Origin: Caecitellus pseudoparvulus
Lineage: Eukaryota; Protista; Bigyra: Bicosoecida
Assembly: GCA_965644315.1 (NCBI GenBank)
Contig: CBFFRQ010000018.1
Location: 1,240,001-1,304,000 of the forward strand
Length of the DNA: 64,000 nucleotides
Direction of reading: 5' to 3'
In this document: one piece after another, positions 31,101-44,027 of the stretch
Layout of the letters: each line of letters starts with the position of its first letter
Numbering within the stretch: the first letter of the stretch is position 1
The notes under the pieces: model-generated
Databases searched by the model: none
What the model was told of the DNA's origin: nothing
What the model saw: only the letters and a program-made list of their open reading frames with translations
Position numbers and translations under genes: made by a program

Positions 31101-34100
31101 GCAGCGCTCCAGCTCTTTCTGTGGGTGAACACGAAGTCTGGCTGGCAGATGGGCGGTCCCGATTGTCAACGCTATCGACACTGGTTGTGGCATCACCGAC
31201 TTGGCTATCCGCCTTTTCACCGAAGTCGGGCCCCATGAGGGGTGGGACCTTAGTTTCGTTGCAAGGGCAGGGGCTTCCACCTGAATTGGACTATGTTTGC
31301 ATGTTCGGGCAGCAAAAGAGTCATGCATGGCCCGTACCTGATGGCGGGCTTGCCTGTCGCACGCCAGCAACAGTCGTGCCAGGTGCGGTTTCTTTCCGTT
31401 TGCAGGTTGCAGGTGCGACGGGCACCAGCCCGGGTAACTTTACTTTCATGCAAGAGCCCATTCTTGAGAGTGTCCTTCCATCAGAAGTCCCAGCCGGGAC
31501 CGACACTGAGGTTTCGTTCTCCCTGCACCCGGTCCTGGGCAATTTGCCACCAGAAGCCGCATGCGTTGTGCTTTCTGAGACCCGGACAGCCCTTTTCGCT
31601 GCTGCGCTTCGCACCACCAGGGGGGGGACGTTCACCTGCCGGCTGCAGGCCACCACACTGCAAGGGGTGCAGCCTGGTACGTTTATCTGGCTCGCTGTGG
31701 CTCTGAATGGTCTTGACATCAGCACGTCAAGGCAAGCACTCCGTGTTGTGCAGCGTCCTCGACTGGTGCGGCTACAACCTGCAATTGGGCCAGTCAGCGG
31801 TGGGACTGCTGTCCTTTTACGGGGGTACTTCTTTTCTCCCCGCATGGCAGCTTGTTGCAGGTTTGGGAACTCTTCTGCTGTGCAAGCTCTTTTTCTGTCG
31901 AGGGAGAGAGTTCAGTGTACGACGCCCTCCCTACTGTCACTGGGAGTCTTGCCTGTGTTCTTTGCAACAGACTGCTCGGTATATGAGGACTCAGGTCTTC
32001 GATTTGAGTCGCATGAGCGACTGCGTCTCGGCCAAGCAACCCCGGCCTTGCTTCACACAGCAGGAGGGACGCGGGTGTTGGTCACTGGTTCGAGGTTCTC
32101 TCAAGACGCGGACATCCAGTGTCGCTTCGGCCAGCAACTCGTACCGGCTGTCTTTCAGTCTGAGTCCGCCGTTGTATGCACGAGTCCGGTTGCGTTGGAG
32201 GGCCCCTCGAACATCTCCGTGTCTCTGAACGGCGTGGACTTCAGCCCTCCACTTGACGTGCGTGTTCACCGCCAGGTTACTATCTCCGCGGTGGATCCGT
32301 CCACTGTGTCTTGCTGGGGTGGAACACCGCTCACTTTGCGTGGTACTGGCTTTCTGAACGTGTCGACCCTCTCCTGTTCTGTGTTCGGCCGCCGCATGCC
32401 GGCGACGTTCATCAGCCCCGAAGCCATTTCTTGCTCCACACCTGCAAACAGCATGTGCAGCTCTTCACAAGGACAGGTTCAGGTGACCTTGAATGGCGTA
32501 GACTTTTTCGGTTCTGCCACAGCTGTGCGCTTTGTACCTCTCCCCAGCATTTCCTTTGTGGAGCCGGTGCGGGTGCTGTCGGGGTCCAAGCTTACAATCA
32601 GGGGCTCGGACATGCTGTCGGGAACACGCCTTACCTGTGTCTTCGTCAATGAGGATTGCTCCGACTGCCCACGGCAAGCCAAGTTTGAAGCGGTAGTTTT
32701 TTCAGTGTCCGTGTGCCAGTGCCTTGGCACTCCAGACGCACCCGGCACATACACCGTCCAGCTGACACTTAACGGCCACGACTCCAGTGCCCACGATGTC
32801 GTTCACTTTGGAAGGCACGAAGCCATGGTGCAAGTGCTGCCTCACTTTGACATCCAAGATGTCCAGCCGCGAGCGGGGTCTATCCATGGTGGAGAACTCG
32901 TAAGAATTCGGTACCATGTGGCCGCCACCAGCCCCGACCACTTGCCTTTATCATGCATGTTTGGGAAGGCCCGCGTGCCGGCCAGAAGTTTAGAGACTGG
33001 GCTGGTAGCTTGCCTCACTCCTTCTGTCTCCGGGGCGCAGAACACCTCCCTGCAGCTTGCTGTGCAAGGGGGTCCACTGCTCCCAAACCGGCTGTCATTC
33101 GAGTACTTCGCCCCCCCTACACCTGTGCACATCTTTCCCACCTTTGGAACTGTATCTGGCGGAACTGAGCTTGAGGGTCGCACCATGGATACGAAGGTGC
33201 CGTTGGTTGCTTGCCTTTTTCGAAGGCTGAGGGATGGCCGGGTGTTGTCAAGGGTGCCCGCAAGTGTCAATGGCACGTGCTTGACGCCCCCCCTGACCTC
33301 CACCAGCTCGTCCAGTTCGATGGACGTGCTTGTCACTCCAGTACTGGCCGATGGATCAACAACGACATCGACTGCGACCCGCTTTTCATATGTCGCTGCC
33401 CCGTTCTGCACGCACGTCAGCCCCTCTCACATCCCTGAGTCAGCAGAGGTTTCATGGGTGGTTCGAGGTCGCAACCTGCCCTTCTCAGATTCCTTGACTT
33501 GCATCTTGTACCCCAGCACCACAATTGGGGGAAAGCACGGTCTTTTTGAACCCCCTATCCGATTGAATGCTACCTGGCGCTCCGCGCAGCGCGTAGACTG
33601 TGCCCCGCACAGAAGCGGAGCGCCTGGTGTTTACCAGCTGGAAATCGAATGGAAACACCGAACAGCAACGTGTAATAGCTTCAGGGTATCCATTTACCAA
33701 GCTGCACACGTCCTCGGGGTGGCGCCTGCTTCCGTTTCAGCTGTAGGTGGCACAGCTGTGTCTGTCGTAGGCAGTGGTTTCTCCAGCACTGCTCACGAGC
33801 TCCGATTGGAAACTCAAGCGACAAGAAACAAGCTGAAGCCACTGCTCCCAACCATTGTCTGTAACTTTGGACTCTCACGGGTGCCGGGCGTGCTGGTTTC
33901 AGACGCAGAGGTTCTCTGCACTTCGCCCATACTGCCAGCGGGCCAGGTGAACCTGAGCCTTTCCCTGCTTGAACATGAAGCGCCTTTGCCTGCCAGCACA
34001 CTGACAGTTTTAGCTCCAGTGACCCTCTCCCATGTTTCCCCTGGGGTCGGCCCACTGGGTGAGGAGTTCAACGTGTCCGTCCACGGCCCGTTTGAAGGAT

Positions 34101-37100
34101 TTCGAGACCCGTTTTGCGAAGTGACAGGGCAGCTACGAAGGCCAGGGTTTCCCGTGAACGATTCGGTTGTAGTGTGTACTATCCTAGGGCCACAAAATGC
34201 GTTTCAGAAGCCAAACGCAGGGTACTTGCGAGTGGCAGTATCCATTGTGGACGCGCTCTCGGGTGCCCGGTCAGACGAGGTCCAGGTCACGCTGGTACAA
34301 CCACCATTCCTGGGCCACATACTTCCTCAAGCGCCTTTTCTCAGCGATGTGCAAGACTTTCACGTCATCGGTAGTGGATTTCTGGCCACAGGATTTGAAA
34401 AGTGCTGGTGGAGACTGCCTGGTACAAACCAGACTGTTCAGCAGCCAGCTCAGGTGGTTTCCAGTTCTGCGGTGAGGTGCTCAGCGATCCCCTTACAGCA
34501 GATGTGGCCAGAAGCCAAGAAGCTGAGAGTGTTGGTCACCAGTCTGCCCAAAGTCTTCTTAGCTTGGGAGCGCTCCCTCCTCGTCAGCTTTGTCCATTCT
34601 CCCTCGTTGAGCGGCGTGCAGCCTCAGTTCGTGGCCAGTTCAATGCGCTCTACCATTCGGATTGTCGGAACTCACTTCCTTACTTCGCCAGGGATGCTCT
34701 GTGAGGTGGGGCCCCATAAAATGCCTGTCACCCTTCTGTCAAGCGTCGAGGCCCAGTGCGAAGTGCCCCCTCTGCAGGCTGGGCAGCATAGCGTCTCATT
34801 GCTGACGCAGTCAACTGAAGTCAGCTGCGTGGACTGCACTGTGCATGCGGTGAATGTACCCCCAGTATTGTCCGTGGCCCCCACTTCCATACATGTTGGA
34901 TCGGAGGTGGATGTGCAGCTGACTACGGCTGTTCCTGTGGATTCGAGGCTGCATCGCCACCTTCGCTGCATGGTTGCTGGAATTGCGCATCAGCTCATCA
35001 GCATCAACGCCAGCCAACTACTGTGCAAGGTACAGCTTGATTCCATTCATGTCGGTCAAGTCAGGGCAGCATTGTCGGTCGAGGGGGGTCGCGAGCTGGC
35101 GAGTCCTGCTTTCATCCAAGTGTTTCAAGAACCAGTGCCTTTACGTGTCCATCCCCAGTTTGTGCAAGGACTTTCAGCAGACCTTGTGCTCCAAGGAGCA
35201 TTCCCAGTCGCAAGTTCTCTTTCGCTAGTGTTTTTGGACAGTCGCCAGGCTCATGAGTGTGTGCGGAACGGGCTTCACTCAGTCGCGTGCCGCGTAACCC
35301 GCACTTTGCCGGGGACTGCCCAGTTCTGCGTGTCGTTGAATAGGGGTGCTCAGTGCAGCTTGAACAAACTCACAGTCCATGTCGTAGGTGTCCCCACTGT
35401 TTTCGCTCTGCACCCGGGGCGTGGGCCAGTGACAGGGGGCACGAAGGTTCAGGTCCAAGGGCGAAACCTCCCTGTTGGCGCTCCGTGCCAGTGCTTGTTC
35501 GGGGAGCTTCCATCCCCTTGTTTCATCATTGCAGCAGATAGTGCTTGGTGCAGTAGTGCCCGTCGATTGGAAGCCTCAACAGTGCCCGTTAGCGTGCTTG
35601 TGAGGGGTGCTCGCGCTGAAGCTGGGGCATTGAACTTCTCGTACTTCGTACCCCCCTCTATCCCCACCCCTTTACTCGTCACCGCAACACCACCACTAGC
35701 CCACCACGGTTCCCGGGCAAGCGTGATTGTGCAAGTGCCGACCGGCCTGGACAGCGATGGTGCAGTTTGCAGCATGGGGCAGCACAAGGCCGCCGCTACA
35801 CTGCTCAACTCGTCTCACATACTGTGTGAGCTTCCCTCAAACGCTCCCATCGGATCTTCACGCCTTCCTGTGCAAGTTATTTTCGATGACATCGTGGTCA
35901 CAGCCCCTTTGGCGTACTTTGACGTGAGAAGCGTGCCCCGCATCCACAGCACTCATCCAAGCGTGTTGCATGCTGACAACGCACAGAGACTTTCTGTGCA
36001 CGGGGCGGGCTTCCTGCCTGGGACAGTGATTCAGTGCGAGGTCGGGGACTACGCCGGTCCAGCACAGTACGTGAGTGAGTCCCGTGCAGTTTGTCTCCTC
36101 CCGCCTCTGCGAGCTGGGGAGTACTTGCTGCGGGTGCGACTTGGGCATGCAGTCTCTCTTCCAGCAGATTTCATAGTGCGGGTCGTTGCTCCACCTAGAG
36201 TTCTTCAAGTTAGGCCGAGGTCTGGGCCACATGCAGGTGGCACTCGTGTCATTGTGCAAGGGAGGAACTTCCTTGGAAGCAACGCCGTGTGGTGTCATTT
36301 CGGGGTCCAGAGAGTGCCAGCCGTTCGTGTGGCATCTGACACCGAAGTGCACTGTCTGGCCCCACCAGTGGCCCTTCCAAGTACGGTCCAATTCTGCATG
36401 TCGTTTGACAATGACACTTGCCTTGCATCTACGACGCCCTTCTCTTACTATTCGCCGCCCCGAGTGTGGAGTTTGCACCCTCAAGTTTTCTTGCGGGGGC
36501 GCCCGGCCTCTGTCTTTGTACACGGAGAGGCCTTCGACCAGACGATTGGCCTTGCGTCCTCTGATGCAATCCTTTGCCGAGTCGGCAACCAAACCTTTCC
36601 AGCCCAGCTTCTTGCTGCGACCCGTCTTGAGTGCCTGGTCCAAGGCCTTGCCGAGGGCAAGCATGCTCTGGACATTTCTCTGAATGGGCTCGATTTTCTT
36701 CACTCCGGTGGTTTTGTGTCAGTGTATGCAGCTGTGGAAGTTCAAAGTGTGTGGCCAGGATCTGGCCCAGCACTTCCGGGTGGCACCCAAGTCACCCTCT
36801 CTGGGCGGAACTTCCCGAGCTCTGCGCTGGTGCTGTGCAGGTTTGGAGATGCCGACGTCAGAAGTGTCGTCGTGGACAGTACTCGGATGCTCTGTGAGGC
36901 GCCCCCTCAAGCCCCGGGCGCAGTGCCGATCCTCGTGTCTGTGAACACGGTGGACTTCGTCGACACCGGTTTTTCGTTCACCTACACGCCCGCCGTCAGC
37001 GTGGAGGGTCTGTTCCCGAAGAGTGGTTTGCTCCTCGGACAAGCTCCAGTCTTTGTCCGCGGGTCCAACTTCCTCAACTCAACGTCGTTGGCATGCTCCA

Positions 37101-40100
37101 TGTCGAGCGGAGCGGCTCAAGTGAAGGCGCGGGCATTCTTTGTAAACCCCAGCCTGGTCGTGTGCATGACCCCATCGCGAGTTGCGGGGGTTCAAGTCTC
37201 ATCGCAAGCTTCTAGTGTCGTGCTGGAAGTATCCAACAATGGGCGGGACTTCTCCAGCAACGGTCAGCAGTTCAAGTACCTCAGTGCTTGCCCTCCAGGA
37301 CATTACTGTCCACACGCAACAGTGCTGCCAGCGCCAAACGGCACGTTTGCCGAAGGATTTGGGAACTTCAACTTCACACTGTGTCCTCCTGGGACCTTTC
37401 AGCCCCAGCCGGCTCAGCCTGCTTGTCTTCCCTGCCCGGTCGGCTACTTTTGCCCCGACTTTGGCATGGCACAGCCGCTTCCTTGTAAAGCCGGCCATGT
37501 TTGTGATGAGTTGGGCCTCAGTGACTTGACGTCACCTTGCCCTCCAGGTTTTTGGTGCCCACGGGGAACGAAGGGCTCGGTCGAAGGCAGCATGCAAGGG
37601 CCAGCGCCTTCCACCGGACTGAATTCGGTTTGGGCGCTGAATGCTGAGTTCGGGGAGACCTCCTTCAACGCCACTGCTCGGGCGTGGAACATCTCTCCCC
37701 GCGCATATCCAGAGGATGGAAAGTTTAGGGTTGAGCACCCTCCTTTCTCCTTCTCCGCTTCTGGAGACGGGCACTCTGAGCTCCCGTTGCTTGCGGAGCG
37801 TCCACTGCCATGCCCCATGGGGCAGTATTGCCGCGCAGGGGTGGCAACGAATGTCTCGGTCCCTGGAAACTTTTCTTCCCCCCAGCCGTGCTTTAGTGGG
37901 TTCTTTTGCCCTCGATCATCGCATACCCCCGAAGGCTCTGGGCCATGCCCGTCGGGGTTCTTCTGTCCTACTCAAACAGAGGCTGTGCTGTGCCCGGTCG
38001 CACACCAGTGCCCTGGCGTCGGAAACACAGCCCCGACGCCATGCCCCCCTGGAACGTACAACCCGCTCCGCCAGCAAAGCAATTGTACACTGTGCCCACT
38101 TGGACACGTTTGCCCATCGGAAGCCATGTCGCAGCCCAAGCTGTGCCCCCCTGGCTTTGTCTGCGATTCGAAAGGCTTGCCAGCCCCTGTGGTGCTCTGT
38201 CCGGCTGGCTTCTTTTGTGAAGAGGGAACGCTGAGCAGGAACACAAACTTTAGCATCCCGGAAGACCCGATGAAACCGCCATTCATCGGCCCGCCCATTC
38301 CAGAGTTTAATAATGCGAGCAAGGATGTCAGGGGGCTTGTAGGCGAGGATCCCCACGTTGAGGCTCTCCGCATGCGAGTTGTTCAGGAGTACGTGGTTTT
38401 TGCTGACCCACAACATTCCCCAACGGGATCCACTGTCGGTGCGACGCTTGCGGCGTTTAGCAACGCGCAGCTGAAGCCCTTGCCTTGCCCGCTTGGCACG
38501 TTTTGCCTGGGTGGAGTGCAGCACGCCACGACCACACCCTGGATCCCCCAGACCCCGGAAGGCGCAGTGGCCCCCCAACCTTGTGTCGAAGGCCGGTACT
38601 GCAGGTATGCCACTCCTTCGGCGGGTGGCACGGGTCCCTGCTTTGCTGGGCACTACTGCCCGCCGCAGGCAAGCTACCCCACGCAGGCCGCCCTCGGCAC
38701 GTTTGCAGCGGGGCAGTTCAACGTCGCACCAACTCTGTGCTTTCCAGGGACATATGCGCCCCTACTTGGCCATGCGGGGTGTTTGCCGTGTCCAGCAGGC
38801 TTTTCATGTGAAGGGTATGGCACCTACGAGCCGAAAGTGTGCCCCCACGGCACGTACCGTAGCGCACAGGACTCAGTGTCTTGCAAGATTTGCCCCAGGG
38901 GAACGTTTACCCCCCACACTGGAGTGACAACTGTGACAGATTGTGAGCCATGTCCTCAGGGCCGGATTTGCGGTCTGGCAGAAATGTTTGACTTGACCAG
39001 CCAGTCCGGTCCATGCCCCGAGGGCCACACTTGCGGTGAGAGGACAACTCAAGCAAAAATGTTCGATCACGAATGCCCAGCTGGGCACTACTGTTACGAA
39101 GAAACCCGAACAGATGAGCAAATGGACCTAATGTGTGAACCGGGCCACTTTTGTTCTCGAAAGACCAAAGGCTTTCTCCGGAACCGGAACAAGTGCAGCG
39201 TCGGGCAGTTTTGCCCACAAGGCACGGCAGAAGGTTTCAACAAGGAAACAAGGTGCCCTCGCGGCACGAGCTCACGAGCCGGTTCGGAGAGTGTTTTGGA
39301 CTGCGAAGTCCTCCCAACCAGCATCTGTGACAAGGTCGAGGATGGGCGGTACTACCCAAGCCACGCGTACACATTTCAAGGCGACCGTGTCCTCATCGCA
39401 GACAGCCTCCGGGAAGTCGAGGCACTTGCTGTGCTGAACCCCATCAACGAATCAAGTAGTGATGCTTACTGGAGAAACGACACCTTGGAGGTCCTGCGAG
39501 TCTGCCCTCCCACTGTTCCGCTCGCTCTCCGGCAAGTGGGTGAAAGGGGGCCAGCCACCGGTCACAACATAACGTTATTCGGGTTCAACTTCCCGACTCT
39601 CCCAGGAGCTCTTGTCTGCCTTTGGGAGGGGAAGCTGACGTACCTCGACGGGTACCAAAGGCCATTCAAGCACCGGACCTTGGCTCGGGCAGAGTCGGAG
39701 TTCGTGTGCCACTGCCCAACCCCTCGCTTGATTGGCACAAATGTGGATGTGGGAGGATACGTTGAAGCCAATGTGACACTGCAGATGGTCGGGGGATCCC
39801 CAACAGGCGCTGTTCGCGCCGAAGTTCCGGTTGTTTTGGATCCTACTCTCGGGGTGAACGCCACCGATGCCCTTGTGCGAGCTGCATACGGCAGTTGCGA
39901 GCTGCAAGCAGGGGAAGGCCAGCCTGCAGCAGGACATGACCTGAATCGATGGTTCGAGCTGCGGGGGTTGTCCATGGCAAAGCTATCGTTTGACTTTGCG
40001 CACCTTCCGGAGGAGTTTGTGTACGGCGAGCACTTTACCATCGCCATTTACGTGGATCAAAGTGTCTGCACAGACGCACGCTGCGATGTGACGCGAACTC

Positions 40101-43100
40101 TCATTCCTAACACTCCTGAGACGGAGCACCTCCTGGAGACCACTCCGTGCAAGCACCCAGTCGAGCTTCCCCGATGGTTCATCGACCCTTCAGTGCCAAA
40201 GAACCAAGCTTTTAGCATCAGCGTCACGGCTCTGGAGGACGTCAAGATTCACATCGAGGCGCACATCCTGTATGGGCTGTTCCTCCCCATGGCCCCACAG
40301 CTCGTGAACACGACGACCGTGCAGGTGATGAGCCCGTCCAGGGCAAACATGACGTTTGGGCTTCGCAGCCCAGCAGTGAGGGAGCTCCCCACCGTCTTGT
40401 CATCTCAACGGAAGCGTGTGCCTGTTGAGTACTCTTTCATGGTCAGCTTTTCGCGAGACTACATGGACAGCATCATCACTCCACTGAACCTACCGCCCCG
40501 CTTTCGGGACACTGAGCGGGGCAGGGTCCTGGTGGACTTCGATGCACGAACGGTAGAGGCAACGACACCCTGGATTACAGACCCTGAGAGTGATGTCAGG
40601 GAAGGTCCGGAGTACTGGGAGAAGCCAAGTGGCGACATCCTACACAACATTGCCAAGTACAGGGAGGTGTGGCATGAGACCATTGACCTCGGAAACGGCG
40701 AGGCAGCGTACCAGTGGTCGAGAATGGTTCTCCCCTACATGCCGTTCTTCTCCAGCTGCAAGGGATTCGACAATCATATCCCTTTGTTTGCTTTGCTGGA
40801 GGACGATGCTTGCGAGCTTCCTGACCCCGATGATGGCCTGCTGTCTGAAGAGCGGTACAACTTCCCACCAATGCCGCACCCTGATGACACGTATGTCGCT
40901 GGGCCAATGGAGGTGTTCCAGTCCCCGATCGCTGACGTGTGCAGCCGCACACTGCAGTGCCGGTTCGAAGAGAACCTGCAAGCTGCCGACATTCGAGAGC
41001 GCTGGTTCGAAGTTCCCGGAGACACCGCTCTCTTTGAGATTCTGCGCAGTCCTGTGTCATTGGAGGACTTCTACAAGAATGGCGACTTGCTCGACTCGCT
41101 GCTGTTGTCGCAAGGCATCGATGTCTTTGTGCCTGTGTCCGTGGACAGGTCTGCGGCAGAGGAGCTGAAGGGGGACTGCACAACTCTGTGCTTCCCCCGG
41201 TCCATGACCCTCGACATTCCATACTACCAAGTGAACTACAACGAGAAGCGCATCTTAGCAGCTACATTGGTCCTGGAGGACTTCGATAGAGACTCTTCTA
41301 ACTCGGCATATGAGTTGTCCGTTGCGTTTTACCCTCTTGGCTGGCTAGATCTGGTCATCGCCTTTGCGTTCAACGTCGAGACGTTCATTGTTCTGTTTGT
41401 GGTGATTGGATTGCTGAGTCTGGCTGCAACGACCATTTACTGGTCCTTGAACCGCCTGCTCACGCGGCAGGCCGACCCACCACAGTTCAGATTCTTCCAC
41501 ATGCTTAGTGTCGTGGTCCCGCCGCCGACGCTGGGCATCACCTTGGCACTCGTCCCTCTGGCAATTGTGCTGGCTATCCTCTTTTTCATTCTGCGTGGAG
41601 ACGAGCTGTTCTTTTCTGTGACTGTGCTGGACAGCAACTCAGCGTGGTTTTTAGACGGTGTCGTTGGGCACTGGATGCAGAGCAAAGTGGACATTCGCCT
41701 CAAGGACCAGTACCGCCGCGGGCGAATGGGGCTGGGATTCTTGACCATAGCGATGTTCATGATGGTGCTCAGTGCCCGCATTTACATCCCCAAGCCGGTC
41801 TCTGTGAAAGAGCAGAGGCTAGCACAAGCCTCCAGGTACAACGAGCAGGTCAGCACTTGGTTGCCCACCTTCTGGAAGCGCTCAAACTTCATCTTTTGCT
41901 CGTTGATGTTCAGCTTCTTTCTTGTGCTCATCACAGAGTTCTCGTTCTGGGAGGGGTTCGGGGACTACATCTGGTACATCATTTTCATCTACAAGTTTGT
42001 GGACATCGCTGCAGGCGTCATTCTGGAGAGCCAGCTGCAAGATTCCTTACTGTTGACACCCTTCGGAGCCGCCTTTGGCATCATCCAAGCTTTGGTCACG
42101 CTGGGTAGTGATGACTTCCAGGACTTTGTCATCGTGTACTTTATTGAGTTCGGCCTCATGATTGCCGACCGTGTGTACATCGGACCAGGTCTGGACGCTG
42201 TCATTGACTGGCTGGTCGATACAGCGACGTCCATGCACCGGAGAGTCTTGGATATGATTCAGTCAGTGACAGCTCTGACCCTCCAGCAAGAAGTCGCGCG
42301 TGAAGAGCGGCAGGCCAAGGGCTTGCTTGCCCCTGAGCCCCCTCCCGTCGAGGAGGGCTCTGAGGAGACGGTGGAGCCCATCGTTGACGCTTTCGCAGGC
42401 TACTCGATGGAAGTCGTGTCCTTGTTTTTCAACCCCGTTTTGATCCTCATGATGATTGCGTTCCGCGATGAGATGGGCATTCCAGAGCTGTATGGCATCA
42501 AGGCTCAAGACATGGAGTACTACTTCTGGTTCTCGGTCGTGATCCTCTTCTTCCAGCTTGCATGCGACATGTTCCTTCACAACGTCTTGGAGCTGTTCCA
42601 TGGGTGGAAGATCCACGACTACTTGGTGTTCGTCCGCTTCCACTTCAACGAGCGCAGGGTGCGGTGGGTTGGCATGGACGACCAGTACGATGAAGCCCTG
42701 GATGAAGGCATCCGCACACTTCACCAAATGGGCTTTTCCTCTCAGTACTATTTTATGTCCTTCATTCATGTCACGGGCATGGTTCTGGTGGTCCTGGGAA
42801 TCGAGGCCATGATGAGGGTGAGCTACAACTTCTTCGGCGACCCTGCCACACTGTTGCTGGTTCCGTTCTTGTGGCTGCTTATGACGGCCCTGCAGTTCAT
42901 TGCAGTTTTCCTGGCAGACAAATTCGGGCTCTGGTCTGTGAAGCGCTCGTCAGGGACTGGCATGGCGGATGCGGGAGACGGCGACTGGGGCATTCCAAGC
43001 TTGTCAGAGCTGATGAACTTGCAACGCCGCAAGAAGGGCAGTTCATACAGCTCGTGGCAGATGAACGCAAAGCTGTCTTCAGACACTTTTAGGTTTAAGT

Positions 43101-43954
43101 TTCTGGACTACAATCGTGCCTGGTTGGTTTACCATTTACCAGAAATCCTGACTCCACGCACTGTGCAACGAGCACGGCCACGGCTCATTGCTCAGTTTGC
43201 GCGCATGCTCGGGCTTCTCGACGAAGGCGGGCAGGAGCTGAGTGGGGAAGAGGACGGGGGGCCGGAACGCAAGTTTGGAAACGTGGCACTCTCGGGATCA
43301 GACCGGGCTGTTCTCCGGTGGTGGCTGAATACTGCCCGCCGCAGGCTTGCCATGAGGGGAGCGGCAGCGCCGATCATTCGTCGCTCCATAGCCAAGGAAC
43401 GGGCACGACACGCCGAAGCAGTGGACGTCTTGATGGGCTTTTCCATGGATCAAATGGATCACATGTTCCAAGCAGCATACCCAGACATGGAGGAGCTGGA
43501 TTTAGTGGCTTGGAAGTCCTTCTTTGCGCAGAGACAGACCTACAAGGCTGTGCCGAAGGGGTCGGCTCCAGCCGGTGACAGCGAGCTGTTGATGGCTGAC
43601 ATGCTGGACAGCCAGGAACAGCAAGTTTCCAGATTTGGACCAGTCTTCCTGTCTCCAACGTCAAAGCGCTTGCTGCTTGTGTGGTACAACCAGGCGCGCA
43701 TGTCGCTGAGAAGACGCTCGGGGAGAAGGCAGGTTGTGCGACGCACGGCGCAAGCCCAGCCTGCCCTCCACGAAGAGCATGAGGACACCCCTGAGTGGGC
43801 TAAAGGGCCCTTGCAATTGAGTCCAGCGACAGCTGCTCTCGCCCGCAAGTGGCTGCAGCTGGCACGCTTCCGCAGAAGTGCCCCGCAACGACGCACCGAC
43901 GGGCGAGGAGTCGCGCCCTCTGGCACTCGCTCAGCATCAAGGCGGAATGCTTGA
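19131..43954 (+). CDS. giant (~8,227 aa) secretory-pathway multipass membrane protein with cadherin-like, IPT/TIG and GCC2/GCC3 Cys-rich repeats; exons 19131-19175, 19245-19329, 19401-43954
   Basis: Introns 19176-19244 (GTAAGT...ATGCAG) and 19330-19400 (GTGCGT...CCGCAG) add a signal peptide MLRSRVLAALAAFLTLFLVARA|AV in frame to the stop-free 8190-codon ORF. IPT motifs include PxSGPxxGGTxVxxxGxNF..CxFG..CxxP..VSxNGxDF. CPxGxYC repeats and ~11 hydrophobic segments lie near the C-terminus. Confidence 0.9.
21820..37285 (+). repeat. protein-level tandem array of IPT/TIG-like domains (~90 aa each, roughly 50-55 units by length)
   Basis: Recurrent P..G...GGT.v...G.gF....C.fg.....a...s...v.C..P....G...v.vs.nG pattern. 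It is clear from ~29850 onward and degenerate upstream. No DNA-level identity between units is visible. Confidence 0.75.
37285..39310 (+). repeat. GCC2/GCC3 (ephrin-receptor-like) cysteine-rich repeat array
   Basis: Many CPxG[HFYT][YF]C(P) units, e.g. CPPGHYCP, CPVGYFCP, CPPGFWCP, CPSGFFCP, CPAGFFC, CPAGHYC, CSVGQFCP. Two non-Cys inserts interrupt the array (~37570-37800, ~38230-38480). Confidence 0.85.
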
Positions 43955-44027
43955 ACCATGGCAAGCGGCACCTCAGCATGCCTTCAGAGGACACTCCTCA
44001 CTTTCACAATGCATTGGCACAACCAAA

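Noticed and set aside
19131-43954. Lower-GC block as an integrated virus/virophage, Polinton or HGT island
   Set aside because: No integrase, capsid, polymerase, terminal repeats or target-site duplication were seen. The gene has host-type introns, and the low GC continues into the native dynein gene.
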